Positions 25,529 to 34,124 of a DNA stretch of 34,332 bases are shown here, piece after piece. Numbering within the stretch: the first letter of the stretch is position 1; each line of letters begins with the position of its first letter. The notes beneath the pieces are model-generated. The model searched no databases. It was not told the origin of the DNA and saw only the letters and a list, made by a program, of their open reading frames with translations. The position numbers were made by a program, and so were the translations under genes. Source of the stretch: an archaeon (GTDB lineage Archaea > Hydrothermarchaeota > Hydrothermarchaeia > Hydrothermarchaeales > BMS3B); assembly GCA_026989875.1 (NCBI GenBank), contig JALSIP010000009.1:1-34332 (forward strand), given 5' to 3'.

Positions 25529-26461
25529 ATGAAGGGCGAGGAAGCCAGAAGGGTGCTGAGGGAGATAAACAGGAAGTTCGTGGAGAGGTACGAGAGGATA
25601 GACCCCAGCGATGAGTTCTTCATCTACACCGCACGCAGGCTGAGGCAGAGCATCAGGGTGAACACCCTGAAGGCAGAGCTTGAGCTGGCGGTGGAGAACC
25701 TGAGCAGAAGGTTTGAGCTTGAGCAGGTGCCCTGGTGCAGGGAGGGCTTCTGGGTGAGCGGTGGCAGGGTGAGCACCACCGCAGAGCATGCCCTGGGCGT
25801 GGTGTTCATCCAGGAGGCGGCGTCAATGCTGCCTGTGGTGGCTCTTGAGGTTGAGCCGGAGATGAAGGTGCTGGACATGGCTGCCTCGCCAGGGGGCAAG
25901 AGCACGCAGATTGCCCAGTACATGGAGAATCGCGGGTGCTTGGTGGCGAATGAGCCGAGGGTTAAGAGGCTCTCGGTGCTTGCGGCAAACCTGCAGAGGT
26001 GCGGGGTGCTAATAGCCAGGGTTACCAGGATGGATGGCAGGAGGTTCTCGGAGTTCCCGGAGCGCTTTGACAGGGTGCTGCTTGATGCGCCGTGCAGCAA
26101 CGCGGGCATGGTGAGGAAGAGCTACAGGTACCTGCAGGTGTGGGGGAGGAGACGGGCTAAGAAGCTGTCCAGGCTGCAGAAGGAGCTGATTCTCGCAGCA
26201 TACCGGGCTCTTAAGCCGGGAGGCGTGCTGGTGTACTCCACCTGCACCCTTGACCCCATAGAGAATGAGGAGGTGGTGGACCACCTGCTCAGGTGCACGG
26301 AGGCTGAGGTGGAGGGGATTGAGCTGCCGCTGAGGAGGCATGAGCCCTTTACGGAGTTTGAGGGAAAAAGCTACTCCAGTGAGGTGAGGAAGTGTCTGAG
26401 AATACACCCCCAGGACAACGACACCGAGGGGTTCTTTGTGGCGAGGCTGAGGAAGCCGTAG
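25529..26461 (+). CDS. NOL1/NOP2/RsmB-family RNA m5C methyltransferase
   Basis: IQEAASM, LDMAASPGGKS, LLDAPCS, VYSTCT, GFFVA. Confidence 0.95.
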   Translation: MKGEEARRVLREINRKFVERYERIDPSDEFFIYTARRLRQSIRVNTLKAELELAVENLSRRFELEQVPWCREGFWVSGGRVSTTAEHALGVVFIQEAASMLPVVALEVEPEMKVLDMAASPGGKSTQIAQYMENRGCLVANEPRVKRLSVLAANLQRCGVLIARVTRMDGRRFSEFPERFDRVLLDAPCSNAGMVRKSYRYLQVWGRRRAKKLSRLQKELILAAYRALKPGGVLVYSTCTLDPIENEEVVDHLLRCTEAEVEGIELPLRRHEPFTEFEGKSYSSEVRKCLRIHPQDNDTEGFFVARLRKP

Positions 26462-26868
26462 TGCTTGAGATGCTTGAGAGGCAGTTCGGAGTGAGCAGCC
26501 TGAAGCTCAGGCTCAAACAGGGCGGCGGTGGCAGGTGGTACGTGCGCGTGGAGTGCGAGCAGGAGCTTGAGGCGGCTCATCCAGGGCTGTACTTCGGAAC
26601 CCTGGAGAGGGATGGCTTCAGGCTGTCGGTGGAGGGGAGCCACATAGTGGGAAGGCTCGCCTCAAAGGGCGTGGTGGAGCTTGAGAGGGAGCAGGCACTG
26701 CGCTGGATGATGGGTGAGGATGTTGAGGCTGAGGCGCCGGAGGGGTACGTGATACTCAGGTATGCGGGCTACTTCCTGGGCTGCGGAAGAGCCAAGGGAG
26801 GGGTGGTGAGGAACTTCCTGTCAGCGAATCGCAGGCTTCCGCCTGAGGCTGCCAAGGCTCTGCCCTGA
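26461..26868 (+). CDS. PUA-like protein (NIP7 / RsmF C-terminal-like), partner of the methyltransferase
   Basis: GLYFG..ERDGFRLSVEG, WMMGED, GYVIL..GYFLGCG. GTG start overlaps the upstream TAG. Confidence 0.75.
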   Translation: MLEMLERQFGVSSLKLRLKQGGGGRWYVRVECEQELEAAHPGLYFGTLERDGFRLSVEGSHIVGRLASKGVVELEREQALRWMMGEDVEAEAPEGYVILRYAGYFLGCGRAKGGVVRNFLSANRRLPPEAAKALP

Positions 26869-27693
26869 GGTCACGGTGGTGCGCAGGTTGAGCAGGGGCT
26901 CGGTGGAGGTGCAGCGGGCGGTTACCAGGGCGCTGTCGGGTAGCTCTGAAAACCTGCCGGCAATGCCGCCGAGCACAGCCTCAACCACCTCCACGGGAGA
27001 GGCGGGGGAGGCGCACACTCCATGCAGAACCTCTGCCTCCTCGCCTGAGGTGAGGCTGGAGTGGGCTCTCGCTCCAACAGAGGACTCCAGCACCTCTATC
27101 AGCTCCTCTATCCTCACGCCCTCCACGCCCTCGCTCTCAACCTCGGCACGAACCGTTACCTGCTGTATGCACCCCTGCCCGCCCCTGCGCGTGGCTATTA
27201 TGCCCCTGAGCTCGGCGCCTATGCGTGTCCTCACGCCTCCGCCACGCTCCGCACGGGCGCTGGCGAAGAGCCGAACGAAGTCCTGAACCTGCCTGCCTGC
27301 CGGAGACCTGCGGGGCAGCATCAGCGTGCTCTCCATGCTGACCTCGCTCATGCTGGCGTAGCCGTGCCTCTCCAGCACCCTGAGCACAATCTTGCCGCAG
27401 AGCTCCTCCAGGCTGTGGGCAGGCTTTGAGGAAACCTCCTCTATGACCTCGTTTATCGCCTCAAGGTTCCTGGACATGTGGGTGCCCTTCTGAAAGCTGG
27501 GCAGGTCAACGTAGCACTCAAAGGTGGCGGAGAGTATGACCTCCCTTCCTGCACCGCTCCTGATGCGCAGGAGCTTGCGCACGTTGCTGACACCAGCCCT
27601 GGAGATGGGCATTCTTATCTCGGGCGCCCTGACCTGAACGTCCGGCAGCATGTTACCACTTACTTTTATCTTGTCAGCTCTCGGGGATTGCAC
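26821..27693 (-). CDS. GTP cyclohydrolase IV (MptA/FolE2 family) paralogue with degenerate C-terminal half
   Basis: LPDVQ, RAGVSNV and VDLP..QKGTHMSRNLEAI intact. CPC, HNQR, FVED and ESIH motifs absent. Confidence 0.75.
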   Translation of the reverse strand: MQSPRADKIKVSGNMLPDVQVRAPEIRMPISRAGVSNVRKLLRIRSGAGREVILSATFECYVDLPSFQKGTHMSRNLEAINEVIEEVSSKPAHSLEELCGKIVLRVLERHGYASMSEVSMESTLMLPRRSPAGRQVQDFVRLFASARAERGGGVRTRIGAELRGIIATRRGGQGCIQQVTVRAEVESEGVEGVRIEELIEVLESSVGARAHSSLTSGEEAEVLHGVCASPASPVEVVEAVLGGIAGRFSELPDSALVTARCTSTEPLLNLRTTVTSGQSLGSLRRKPAIR

Positions 27694-27729
27694 GCAGGTG
27701 CAAGGTTAACAATATAAAAGGCGGGGAGC

Positions 27730-28398
27730 ATGCTGCAGGACGCGAGAAGGCTGTTTCTTAGTGCGGTGTTTGTAGTTTCTGTGATGTACGTCACCGGGGG
27801 CTTCGCAATCGCCGGCTACAGCTTCAGCGATGTGTTCGGGGTGAGTGAGGGGTTCTTCAGAATCTACCTGCCGGAGATTGAGCTGCTGCTCCTGCTGTCG
27901 GTTTTCTTGGGGATGAGCTTTGGCAGGCTCTTCTGCGGCTGGCTGTGCCCGCTGAGCGCCATCTTCGGCTTTGTTGAGCCGCTGGGAAAGAAGCGCAGGT
28001 GGCACGGAAAAGTGTGGTTCAGGCTGAAGTATGCAAGCCTGGCTGCGGGGCTGGCACTGCTCTACTATGCCATGACCGCAGGCGTGCCGGTGCCGGTGGA
28101 GCTGGCAGCCTACGCCGGTATGGGGCTGCTGGGTGCGCTGGTGGTGCTGGAGGTCGCCTACCCCAGGCTCTTCTGCACCTCACTCTGCCCCGTCGGAGGG
28201 TTCTTCAGCGCGGTGGCAAAGCTGGCGGTGTTCAGGCTGCACGTGGATGATGAATGCACCGCCTGCGGCAGGTGCAGCAGGGTGTGCGAGATGAATGTGG
28301 ATATATGCGGCAGGAAGAGGCTCAATGAGTGCTCCTTCTGTCTCGCGTGCATTGAGGAGTGCCCGTACAGGAGCATCAGCGTCAGGTGCTCCGCTTAG
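27730..28398 (+). CDS. NapH/MauN-like membrane 4Fe-4S protein
   Basis: GRLFCGWLCP, FCTSLCPVG, CTACGRCSRVC, CSFCLACIEECP. Confidence 0.85.
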   Translation: MLQDARRLFLSAVFVVSVMYVTGGFAIAGYSFSDVFGVSEGFFRIYLPEIELLLLLSVFLGMSFGRLFCGWLCPLSAIFGFVEPLGKKRRWHGKVWFRLKYASLAAGLALLYYAMTAGVPVPVELAAYAGMGLLGALVVLEVAYPRLFCTSLCPVGGFFSAVAKLAVFRLHVDDECTACGRCSRVCEMNVDICGRKRLNECSFCLACIEECPYRSISVRCSA

Positions 28399-29479
28399 AC
28401 CACCACAGGTGGAAGATGAGCGCAAGCAGGGTTATGCCGGAGGCGAAGTACATGGTGGCGGTGTAGCCGAGGGCGTGGGAGATGGCGCCTCCGAGCAGGG
28501 GACCGAGAACCATGGAGATGCTGGTGAAGGAGCCGAGGAGACCCACACTGGTGGCGGCTTCGGTGTTGTTCTCCAGCAGGTACCTGAGGGAGCCCACGTA
28601 GAGCATTGAGTAGGAGAGCGCCAGGAAGAGCTGAACCGGGAGGATGCCGAGGTAGCTGTCCAGAAGGGCGTAGCTGAGGAAGACCAGCATGCTGAGCACC
28701 AGCCCGAGACGCAGGTGGAGCAGGGGCTTGCCGGTGTTGAGGTGGCGCATTATTATGAACTGGGAGAAGGTGTTGGCGAAGTATATCACGCCTATCCAGA
28801 GCTTGCTGGCTCCCAGGGCTGCCAAGTAGAGGGGGAAGATGAGCCAGACCGCAAAGGCGCCGGTGTGCCTGAGCAGGCTGGGAAGGTAAATGTGGAGGTT
28901 GCGCTTCATGAGATGCACCGGAAACAGGGGGGTGCGGACCCTGAGGAATTCAAGCTCTGCCATGCGGAGGGAGAGCGCAAGGGCGGGGAGCATGAGCAGG
29001 AAGCACACCAGAAACACCAGCCAGTACGCTTCAAGCTCGCCAAGGCTCTCGCCCCCGGTGGCGAAGATGCCCGCGAGAAGGCTTCCCGCCGCCCAGCCGA
29101 GGGAGCCGAAGGATGCCAGCGTACCCAAGGGTTCGCCGGTTTCGCGGCTCCTGGCAAGCAGAGGGGGTGTGAGCGCACCCATGCCAAGACCGGCAAGGGC
29201 TCTGACGCCAACGAGGGCGGCGCTGCTCTGGGCGGGTATGTGGAGCAGGTAGGCAACTGCAGACACCGCAACTCCCGCAATTACAAATACACGCCTCCCG
29301 GTGAAGTCGGAGGCTCTGCCAACTAAGTAGGAGGAGAGGAGCACTGCCAGACCGTAGGCGGTGCCTATTATGCCTATCTCAAATCTCCCAGCCCCGAGAG
29401 CGCTGGCATAGTTGGGTATGAAGATGGTGCTCATCATCGCAGCCGCATAGCTCAGAAACAGAATACCTCTGGCATGCAT
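28382..29479 (-). CDS. MFS transporter
   Basis: GRASDFTGRR motif A, multiple TM helices, GPLLGG. Start set at ATG 29479 behind GAAGGGTTTATC promoter. Confidence 0.9.
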   Translation of the reverse strand: MHARGILFLSYAAAMMSTIFIPNYASALGAGRFEIGIIGTAYGLAVLLSSYLVGRASDFTGRRVFVIAGVAVSAVAYLLHIPAQSSAALVGVRALAGLGMGALTPPLLARSRETGEPLGTLASFGSLGWAAGSLLAGIFATGGESLGELEAYWLVFLVCFLLMLPALALSLRMAELEFLRVRTPLFPVHLMKRNLHIYLPSLLRHTGAFAVWLIFPLYLAALGASKLWIGVIYFANTFSQFIIMRHLNTGKPLLHLRLGLVLSMLVFLSYALLDSYLGILPVQLFLALSYSMLYVGSLRYLLENNTEAATSVGLLGSFTSISMVLGPLLGGAISHALGYTATMYFASGITLLALIFHLWWSKRST

Positions 29480-29523
29480 CGTGCACAGGTAGCAGCAGGG
29501 GAGAGATAAACCCTTCGCTGCAG

Positions 29524-29590
29524 AAAAAGAGTGGAGAGGAGGAGGCAGTAGGAGTGTCACCCCTCCCCTGCTGACCTCACGGGTTCCGCT
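29524..29590 (-). ncRNA. Candidate small RNA (hairpin) in the MFS-kinase intergenic region
   Basis: BRE/TATA-like AAAGAAAACCTTTATT upstream, imperfect hairpin at 29542-29578, CT/T-rich 3' end. No family recognised. Confidence 0.25.
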
Positions 29591-29691
29591 ATACTGCTTG
29601 ACCGCACCCGCAATAAAGGTTTTCTTTCGCATGCTGAAACAATATCCGCAAGTTGTATTGTGTTGTTAAAACCCGCCCACTGAGTGGGGTG

Positions 29692-30870
29692 ATGCCACTG
29701 AGATACTATCGCTGCGGTCTCAGACATGCAAGGACATACCTCCCGGAAGCCTTTGTCTGCTGCTTTAATACAAATATTGACCTGATAAAGCACCCCGCCC
29801 CGGGTGAGCTTGATTCTCTTGAGTTGGAGCTCAGAGATGAGCTTGAGAGGTGCGCGCGCACGGGGAAGCAGATGGAGGTGCCGGTGGACAGGGAGACGCT
29901 TGAAGCGCTGATGCGGGAGCTGGGCTGGGATGAGGTGGCGCCGGGCGGGCAGGCGGGGCAGATGGCGCTCACCGCCGCCAGGCTGGGTGTGAGGTGCTAT
30001 CTTCATTCTGAGCCGGGCAGAAGGCTGGGGGAGCTGTTCGGGGGCCTGGAGGTGCTGGTGGGTGAGAGCAGGGGCTTCGTGCGGGTGGATGAGGCTGAGG
30101 CTGAGGGCGAGCTGCCGGTGCACTACGTGATAGAGCTCAGAGCTGGAGATGTGCACTTTGGGGTGCGCGTACCCGAGAACACGCGCTTCATCGCCTCCCA
30201 CGACACTGCAGCGTTTGAGCTGAGGATTAACCCGCACTACATGGAGCATGTGTCGGCGGTGATGGAGAGGGTGGAGAAGGCGTGTGTGTCCGGGTTTCAT
30301 CTGGTTGACGGGGAGCATGCTTCAAGGGTGCGGGTGGCTGCGAGGCTGATGGAGGAGTGGAGGGAGGAGAATCCCAGGCTATTCATCCACACCGAGCTGG
30401 GAGAGTTCTGCAGCAGGAGAACGCTGGAGATGTTCAGGAGGTATGTGCTGCCCTCAGTGGATTCGGCGGGCTTGAATGAGGTTGAGCTGAGGCAGCTCAC
30501 GGGGGAGCAGAGGCTTGAGGAGGCTCTCCTGAGCGTGAGCCAGGAGGTGGAGCGGCTGGTTTTTCACACCTCCAGGTATGCGCTGGGTGTGGCGTCGCCT
30601 CATGACCATCCCAGGCAGTTCAGGGCGGCGCTGCAGTTCGGCACGCTGCTGGCTGCCTACAGGGCGGTGCACGGCACGCCTCCTGCCATGGAGGAGCTGG
30701 AGCGCTTTGAGCCGCCGAAGCCGGATGCGGGCGCGCTGCAGGTTTACAGGAGGCTGCGCAGAGCACTGGGGGAGAGGCTGTGCTTTGTTCCCGCGCTTAC
30801 GGCGCTGCACCCGAAGCACACGGTGGGTCTGGGCGATACCTTTGCAGCAGGCTTCGTGCTGGTGGTGTAG
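29692..30870 (+). CDS. ADP-dependent glucokinase/phosphofructokinase
   Basis: FNTNID, GGQAGQMA, TRFIAS, SGFH, HTE, GLNEVEL, TVGLGDTFAAG. Confidence 0.9.
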   Translation: MPLRYYRCGLRHARTYLPEAFVCCFNTNIDLIKHPAPGELDSLELELRDELERCARTGKQMEVPVDRETLEALMRELGWDEVAPGGQAGQMALTAARLGVRCYLHSEPGRRLGELFGGLEVLVGESRGFVRVDEAEAEGELPVHYVIELRAGDVHFGVRVPENTRFIASHDTAAFELRINPHYMEHVSAVMERVEKACVSGFHLVDGEHASRVRVAARLMEEWREENPRLFIHTELGEFCSRRTLEMFRRYVLPSVDSAGLNEVELRQLTGEQRLEEALLSVSQEVERLVFHTSRYALGVASPHDHPRQFRAALQFGTLLAAYRAVHGTPPAMEELERFEPPKPDAGALQVYRRLRRALGERLCFVPALTALHPKHTVGLGDTFAAGFVLVV

Positions 30871-30919
30871 TTTTTGCCGCAAGCTTGACATGCCCGCAGC
30901 GCATAGCAGGTGGTGAGGG

Positions 30920-32533
30920 GTGAATGCTGTGAGGAGAAGGATAGGCTTCAGGGAGGCGCTGAGCATTGGCATAGGGGGAATGGTGGGGGGCGGGATATTT
31001 GCGGTGCTCGGGCTGAGTGTGCAGCTCTCGGGGGGTGCCGCGCCGGTGGCTTTTATGATAGCCGGCACGGTGGCGCTGGCTACAGCCTACTCTTATGCCA
31101 GGCTCTCGGTCAGGTTCCCGAGCAGAGGCGGTACCATAGAGTTCTTAGTGCGCGGGTTTGGGACAGGCGTGCTCTCCGGCACGCTCAACCTGCTGCTGCT
31201 GGCGAGCTATGTGGTGATGGTGGCGCTCTACGCCTACGCTTTCGGAAGCTATGGCGCAAGCCTGCTCGGCTCCGCATCCCAGGCTGCCAGACACCTGCTG
31301 GCTGCCGCTGTTGTGGCTGTATTCACGGCTGTGAATGCCTTGGGGGCGCTGGTAAGCGGGAGAACCGAGGATGCCTTAGTCGCGGTGAAGATGCTTATAC
31401 TGCTGCTGGTGACTGCCGCCAGTCTAAGCTATGTGGATGCGGCGCGCCTGTCTCCAGCCACCTGGGCAGACCCCGTGAGCGTTGTGGCGGGTGGAATGGT
31501 GATATTCTTAGCTTACGAGGGGTTTGAGCTCATAGCCAACACGGCAGGGGAGGTGGAGAGCCCGTCGGTGCTGCCGCGGGCGTACTATGCATCCGTGCTT
31601 ATAGTTGTGGCAGTCTACGTGATGGTGGCGGCTGTTACCGTGGGCACGCTGCCCTTTGAGAAGATTGTGCTGGCAAGGGACTACGCGCTGGCGGCGGCTG
31701 CAGAGCCGGCGCTGGGTAGAGCGGGGTTCCTGCTCGTGACGCTTGCAGCTCTGCTGTCCACGAGTTCGGCGATAAATGCAACCCTCTACGGTACGGCAAG
31801 AGCCAGCTACGTGGTGGCGAAGTACGGGCAGCTCCCGGAGGCTGTGGAGAAGCCGGTGTGGGGGCAGGCGTACGAGGGGCTGCTGGTGATAAGCCTGCTC
31901 TCAATAGCACTGGCGAGCACGGCAAGCCTTGAGTCCATATCCATAGCCGGGAGCGGCGGTTTCCTGCTGGTTTTTACCTTCGTGAATCTCGCAGCACTGA
32001 GGCTGAGGAGCTGCCTGAAGATAAATCCGCTGGTGCCGGCGGCTGGCGCGGTGATGTCATCCGCCGCCTTGGTGCTGCTGGTTTACAGGATGGCAGCCGA
32101 GGAGCCGGTGAGCTTGGGGGTTTTTGCAGGCATGCTCGCGGGAGCCCTCGCCGGCGAGCTCGCATACAGGCGGCTGAAGGGCAGGAGGCTGGGGGAGTAC
32201 GTGGATGCATGCCTGTGCAGAAGGGAGGAGTGCGTGAGGGGCTGGGAGGGCTGGCTGCACAGGGCTGCCGGGAGTGTCAGGAGGCTGTACGCGGATGCGG
32301 AGGTGTACCTGGTGGGGAGCGTGGCGAGGGGCGAGCTCTCCAGAGCCGGTGATGTGGACCTGCTGGTGATTACCGAGCATCCGCCGTCCGCAGAAGAGAG
32401 GAGCAGGGTGCTGGAAATAATCAAGCGCCAGGCACGCCTCAAACCAGAGCACGGGATTCACCTGCACTTCGCACCGAGTGTTGAGAGGGAGAAGGCACTG
32501 AAACGGGCAGGACGGTTCGTGAGGGTTGGATGA
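30920..32533 (+). CDS. APC-family amino acid permease fused to a C-terminal nucleotidyltransferase (MNT-like) domain
   Basis: GIGGMVGGGIF, FLAYEGFELI and SAINATL APC motifs. Tail EVYLVGSVARGELSRAGDVDLLVI. Confidence 0.9.
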   Translation: MNAVRRRIGFREALSIGIGGMVGGGIFAVLGLSVQLSGGAAPVAFMIAGTVALATAYSYARLSVRFPSRGGTIEFLVRGFGTGVLSGTLNLLLLASYVVMVALYAYAFGSYGASLLGSASQAARHLLAAAVVAVFTAVNALGALVSGRTEDALVAVKMLILLLVTAASLSYVDAARLSPATWADPVSVVAGGMVIFLAYEGFELIANTAGEVESPSVLPRAYYASVLIVVAVYVMVAAVTVGTLPFEKIVLARDYALAAAAEPALGRAGFLLVTLAALLSTSSAINATLYGTARASYVVAKYGQLPEAVEKPVWGQAYEGLLVISLLSIALASTASLESISIAGSGGFLLVFTFVNLAALRLRSCLKINPLVPAAGAVMSSAALVLLVYRMAAEEPVSLGVFAGMLAGALAGELAYRRLKGRRLGEYVDACLCRREECVRGWEGWLHRAAGSVRRLYADAEVYLVGSVARGELSRAGDVDLLVITEHPPSAEERSRVLEIIKRQARLKPEHGIHLHFAPSVEREKALKRAGRFVRVG

Positions 32534-32644
32534 TTCTGGATTGTCAAGAGCAGAGCAATCAGCGCAGAACAGGAGTGGCTTCAGGCTCACACATAAGATG
32601 CCTCCCATTATTCTTGCGGTACGTTAGGCAGGCTTCTGTTAGAC

Positions 32645-33424
32645 ATGCATCTAACCGAGGAGAGTGAACGCGGGTATGTGCTCAAGCCTGAGGCTGAGCT
32701 GGCACGCGTACTCTCTGACCCCACCAGACTGAAAATCCTTGAGCTCCTTGAAAGGCAGGGCGAGGCAAACACCACACAGCTCGCTGAAGCGCTTGGCGTT
32801 TCAAAAGCCACGGTGAGCCACCACATGAAGCTCCTGCAGAGGGCGGGAATTGTCAGGATTGCGAGGCTTGAGGGCGGCAGCGGCATCCCGAGAAAGTATT
32901 ACGCCCTGAAGGTTGGCATGATAGAGAAGCGCAGCACGGAGGAGCACGCAGACCTAGAAAAGCTCATAGGAGGAAGCAGGCTGAGGCGCACCTTAGGCGA
33001 TGAGGTCAGCCTGCAATTTCTTCGCCTCTACACCAGTGCGCTGCTGCATGCCGGCATAGATGCTGACAGCCTGCTCTACGACACCGGCTACTGGCTCGGC
33101 AGCCGGGTTATGGCTGAGAAAGTAGAGGGTCAGAGCTTTGAGGAGGTTCTCCACTCCATGGCAGAGCTCTGGAAGAGGCTGAAGCTCGGCGTGGTAACGG
33201 TGGAGGTCACAGCAGAGGGGGCGAAGCTCAGGGTAAAGGAGTGCTACCAGTGCATGCACATGCCCGCCGTTGGAAAGCCCCTCTGCAGCACGGACGGCGG
33301 GATTATCGCCGGGGTGCTGGAGAAAAAGCTGAGCAGACGGTACAGCGTCAGGGAAACTAAGTGCTGGGGAACTGGAGAGGAGATGTGCGAGTTTGAAATC
33401 AGAGAAATAAAAGAAGATGGTTAG
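32645..33424 (+). CDS. ArsR-type HTH plus V4R domain transcriptional regulator (MsvR-like architecture)
   Basis: LSDPTRLKIL...VSKATVSHHMKLL HTH; ECYQC..PLC..G..AG...ETKCWGTG..CEF V4R. Confidence 0.9.
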   Translation: MHLTEESERGYVLKPEAELARVLSDPTRLKILELLERQGEANTTQLAEALGVSKATVSHHMKLLQRAGIVRIARLEGGSGIPRKYYALKVGMIEKRSTEEHADLEKLIGGSRLRRTLGDEVSLQFLRLYTSALLHAGIDADSLLYDTGYWLGSRVMAEKVEGQSFEEVLHSMAELWKRLKLGVVTVEVTAEGAKLRVKECYQCMHMPAVGKPLCSTDGGIIAGVLEKKLSRRYSVRETKCWGTGEEMCEFEIREIKEDG

Positions 33425-33606
33425 ATTCTGGAGTTCAGCTCCTTCAGCAGCTTCTCAAGGTCAAGCCCCCGCTCTTCTGCAACCTCCCGCAGGGTTCGCT
33501 TCATTGTGGCGAAGTCGCACTCGCAGATGTTGTTCTCCAGCAGATAGTCTATGGCTCTCGGGTAGTTTCTGAATACCTCCTCCACTCTGGTCTCGGGGGT
33601 TATCAT
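33421..33606 (-). CDS. DUF1858-type small protein
   Basis: ITPETRVEEV..YP......C.C....TL.E.AEERGLDLEKLLKELN. Confidence 0.8.
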   Translation of the reverse strand: MITPETRVEEVFRNYPRAIDYLLENNICECDFATMKRTLREVAEERGLDLEKLLKELNSRI

Positions 33607-34058
33607 CTCGCCACGAGCACGCTCCTTGAGCAGCGCTCAACCACCTCTCTGCCAACGCTGCCCATCACCAAGCTCTTGCGCTCGGAATGGGGACCCACCA
33701 CCACTATATCGGCGTCCACCTCTTCGGCGGTCTTTATTATCTCCTCGGCGGGATGCCCGAGCTTCACTATCTGCTCCACCTCCAGGTTGTAGTCTGCAAG
33801 GGCAGCACTGGCTGACTGCAGCACCTTTTTGCCGGTCTCTGAGAGCAGGTCCGGCAGGTCCTTACCCTCCCTCTTCAGGGTTTCAAGAACCTCCCTGAAC
33901 TCCGTCTCGCCTATGAGGTCCCTGAAGTGGGCATCCCCGATGTGAGAGACGTACACAAGAGACAGCTTAGCACCAAGCCTGCTGGCAAGCTCGGCTCCAA
34001 CCTTGAGAGCCTTCATGGAATCATCACTACCGTCAAACGCCACAAGTATGCTTTTCAC
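33603..34058 (-). CDS. Universal stress protein (UspA family)
   Basis: ILVAFDGS, GHPAEEII..AEE..ADIVVVG, MGSV...V...SVLV. Confidence 0.93.
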   Translation of the reverse strand: MKSILVAFDGSDDSMKALKVGAELASRLGAKLSLVYVSHIGDAHFRDLIGETEFREVLETLKREGKDLPDLLSETGKKVLQSASAALADYNLEVEQIVKLGHPAEEIIKTAEEVDADIVVVGPHSERKSLVMGSVGREVVERCSRSVLVAR

Positions 34059-34083
34059 GCCTCAAACACCTCCTAAAATATTT

Positions 34084-34116
34084 AAAAGGGGGACGCAGGG
34101 GCTCAGAGCCCGCGTC
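34084..34116 (-). terminator. GC hairpin plus T tract after the Gly-rich gene
   Basis: GACGC..GGGCTC-A-GAGCCC-GCGTC inverted repeat at 34092-34116, followed on the minus strand by CCCCTTTT. Confidence 0.45.
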
Positions 34117-34124
34117 TCACTCTG

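Noticed and set aside
29542-29610. Fluoride (crcB) riboswitch or tRNA
   Set aside because: Only a partial ACTCCTAC resemblance; the 5' GGNGAUGG element and any cloverleaf or T-loop are missing.
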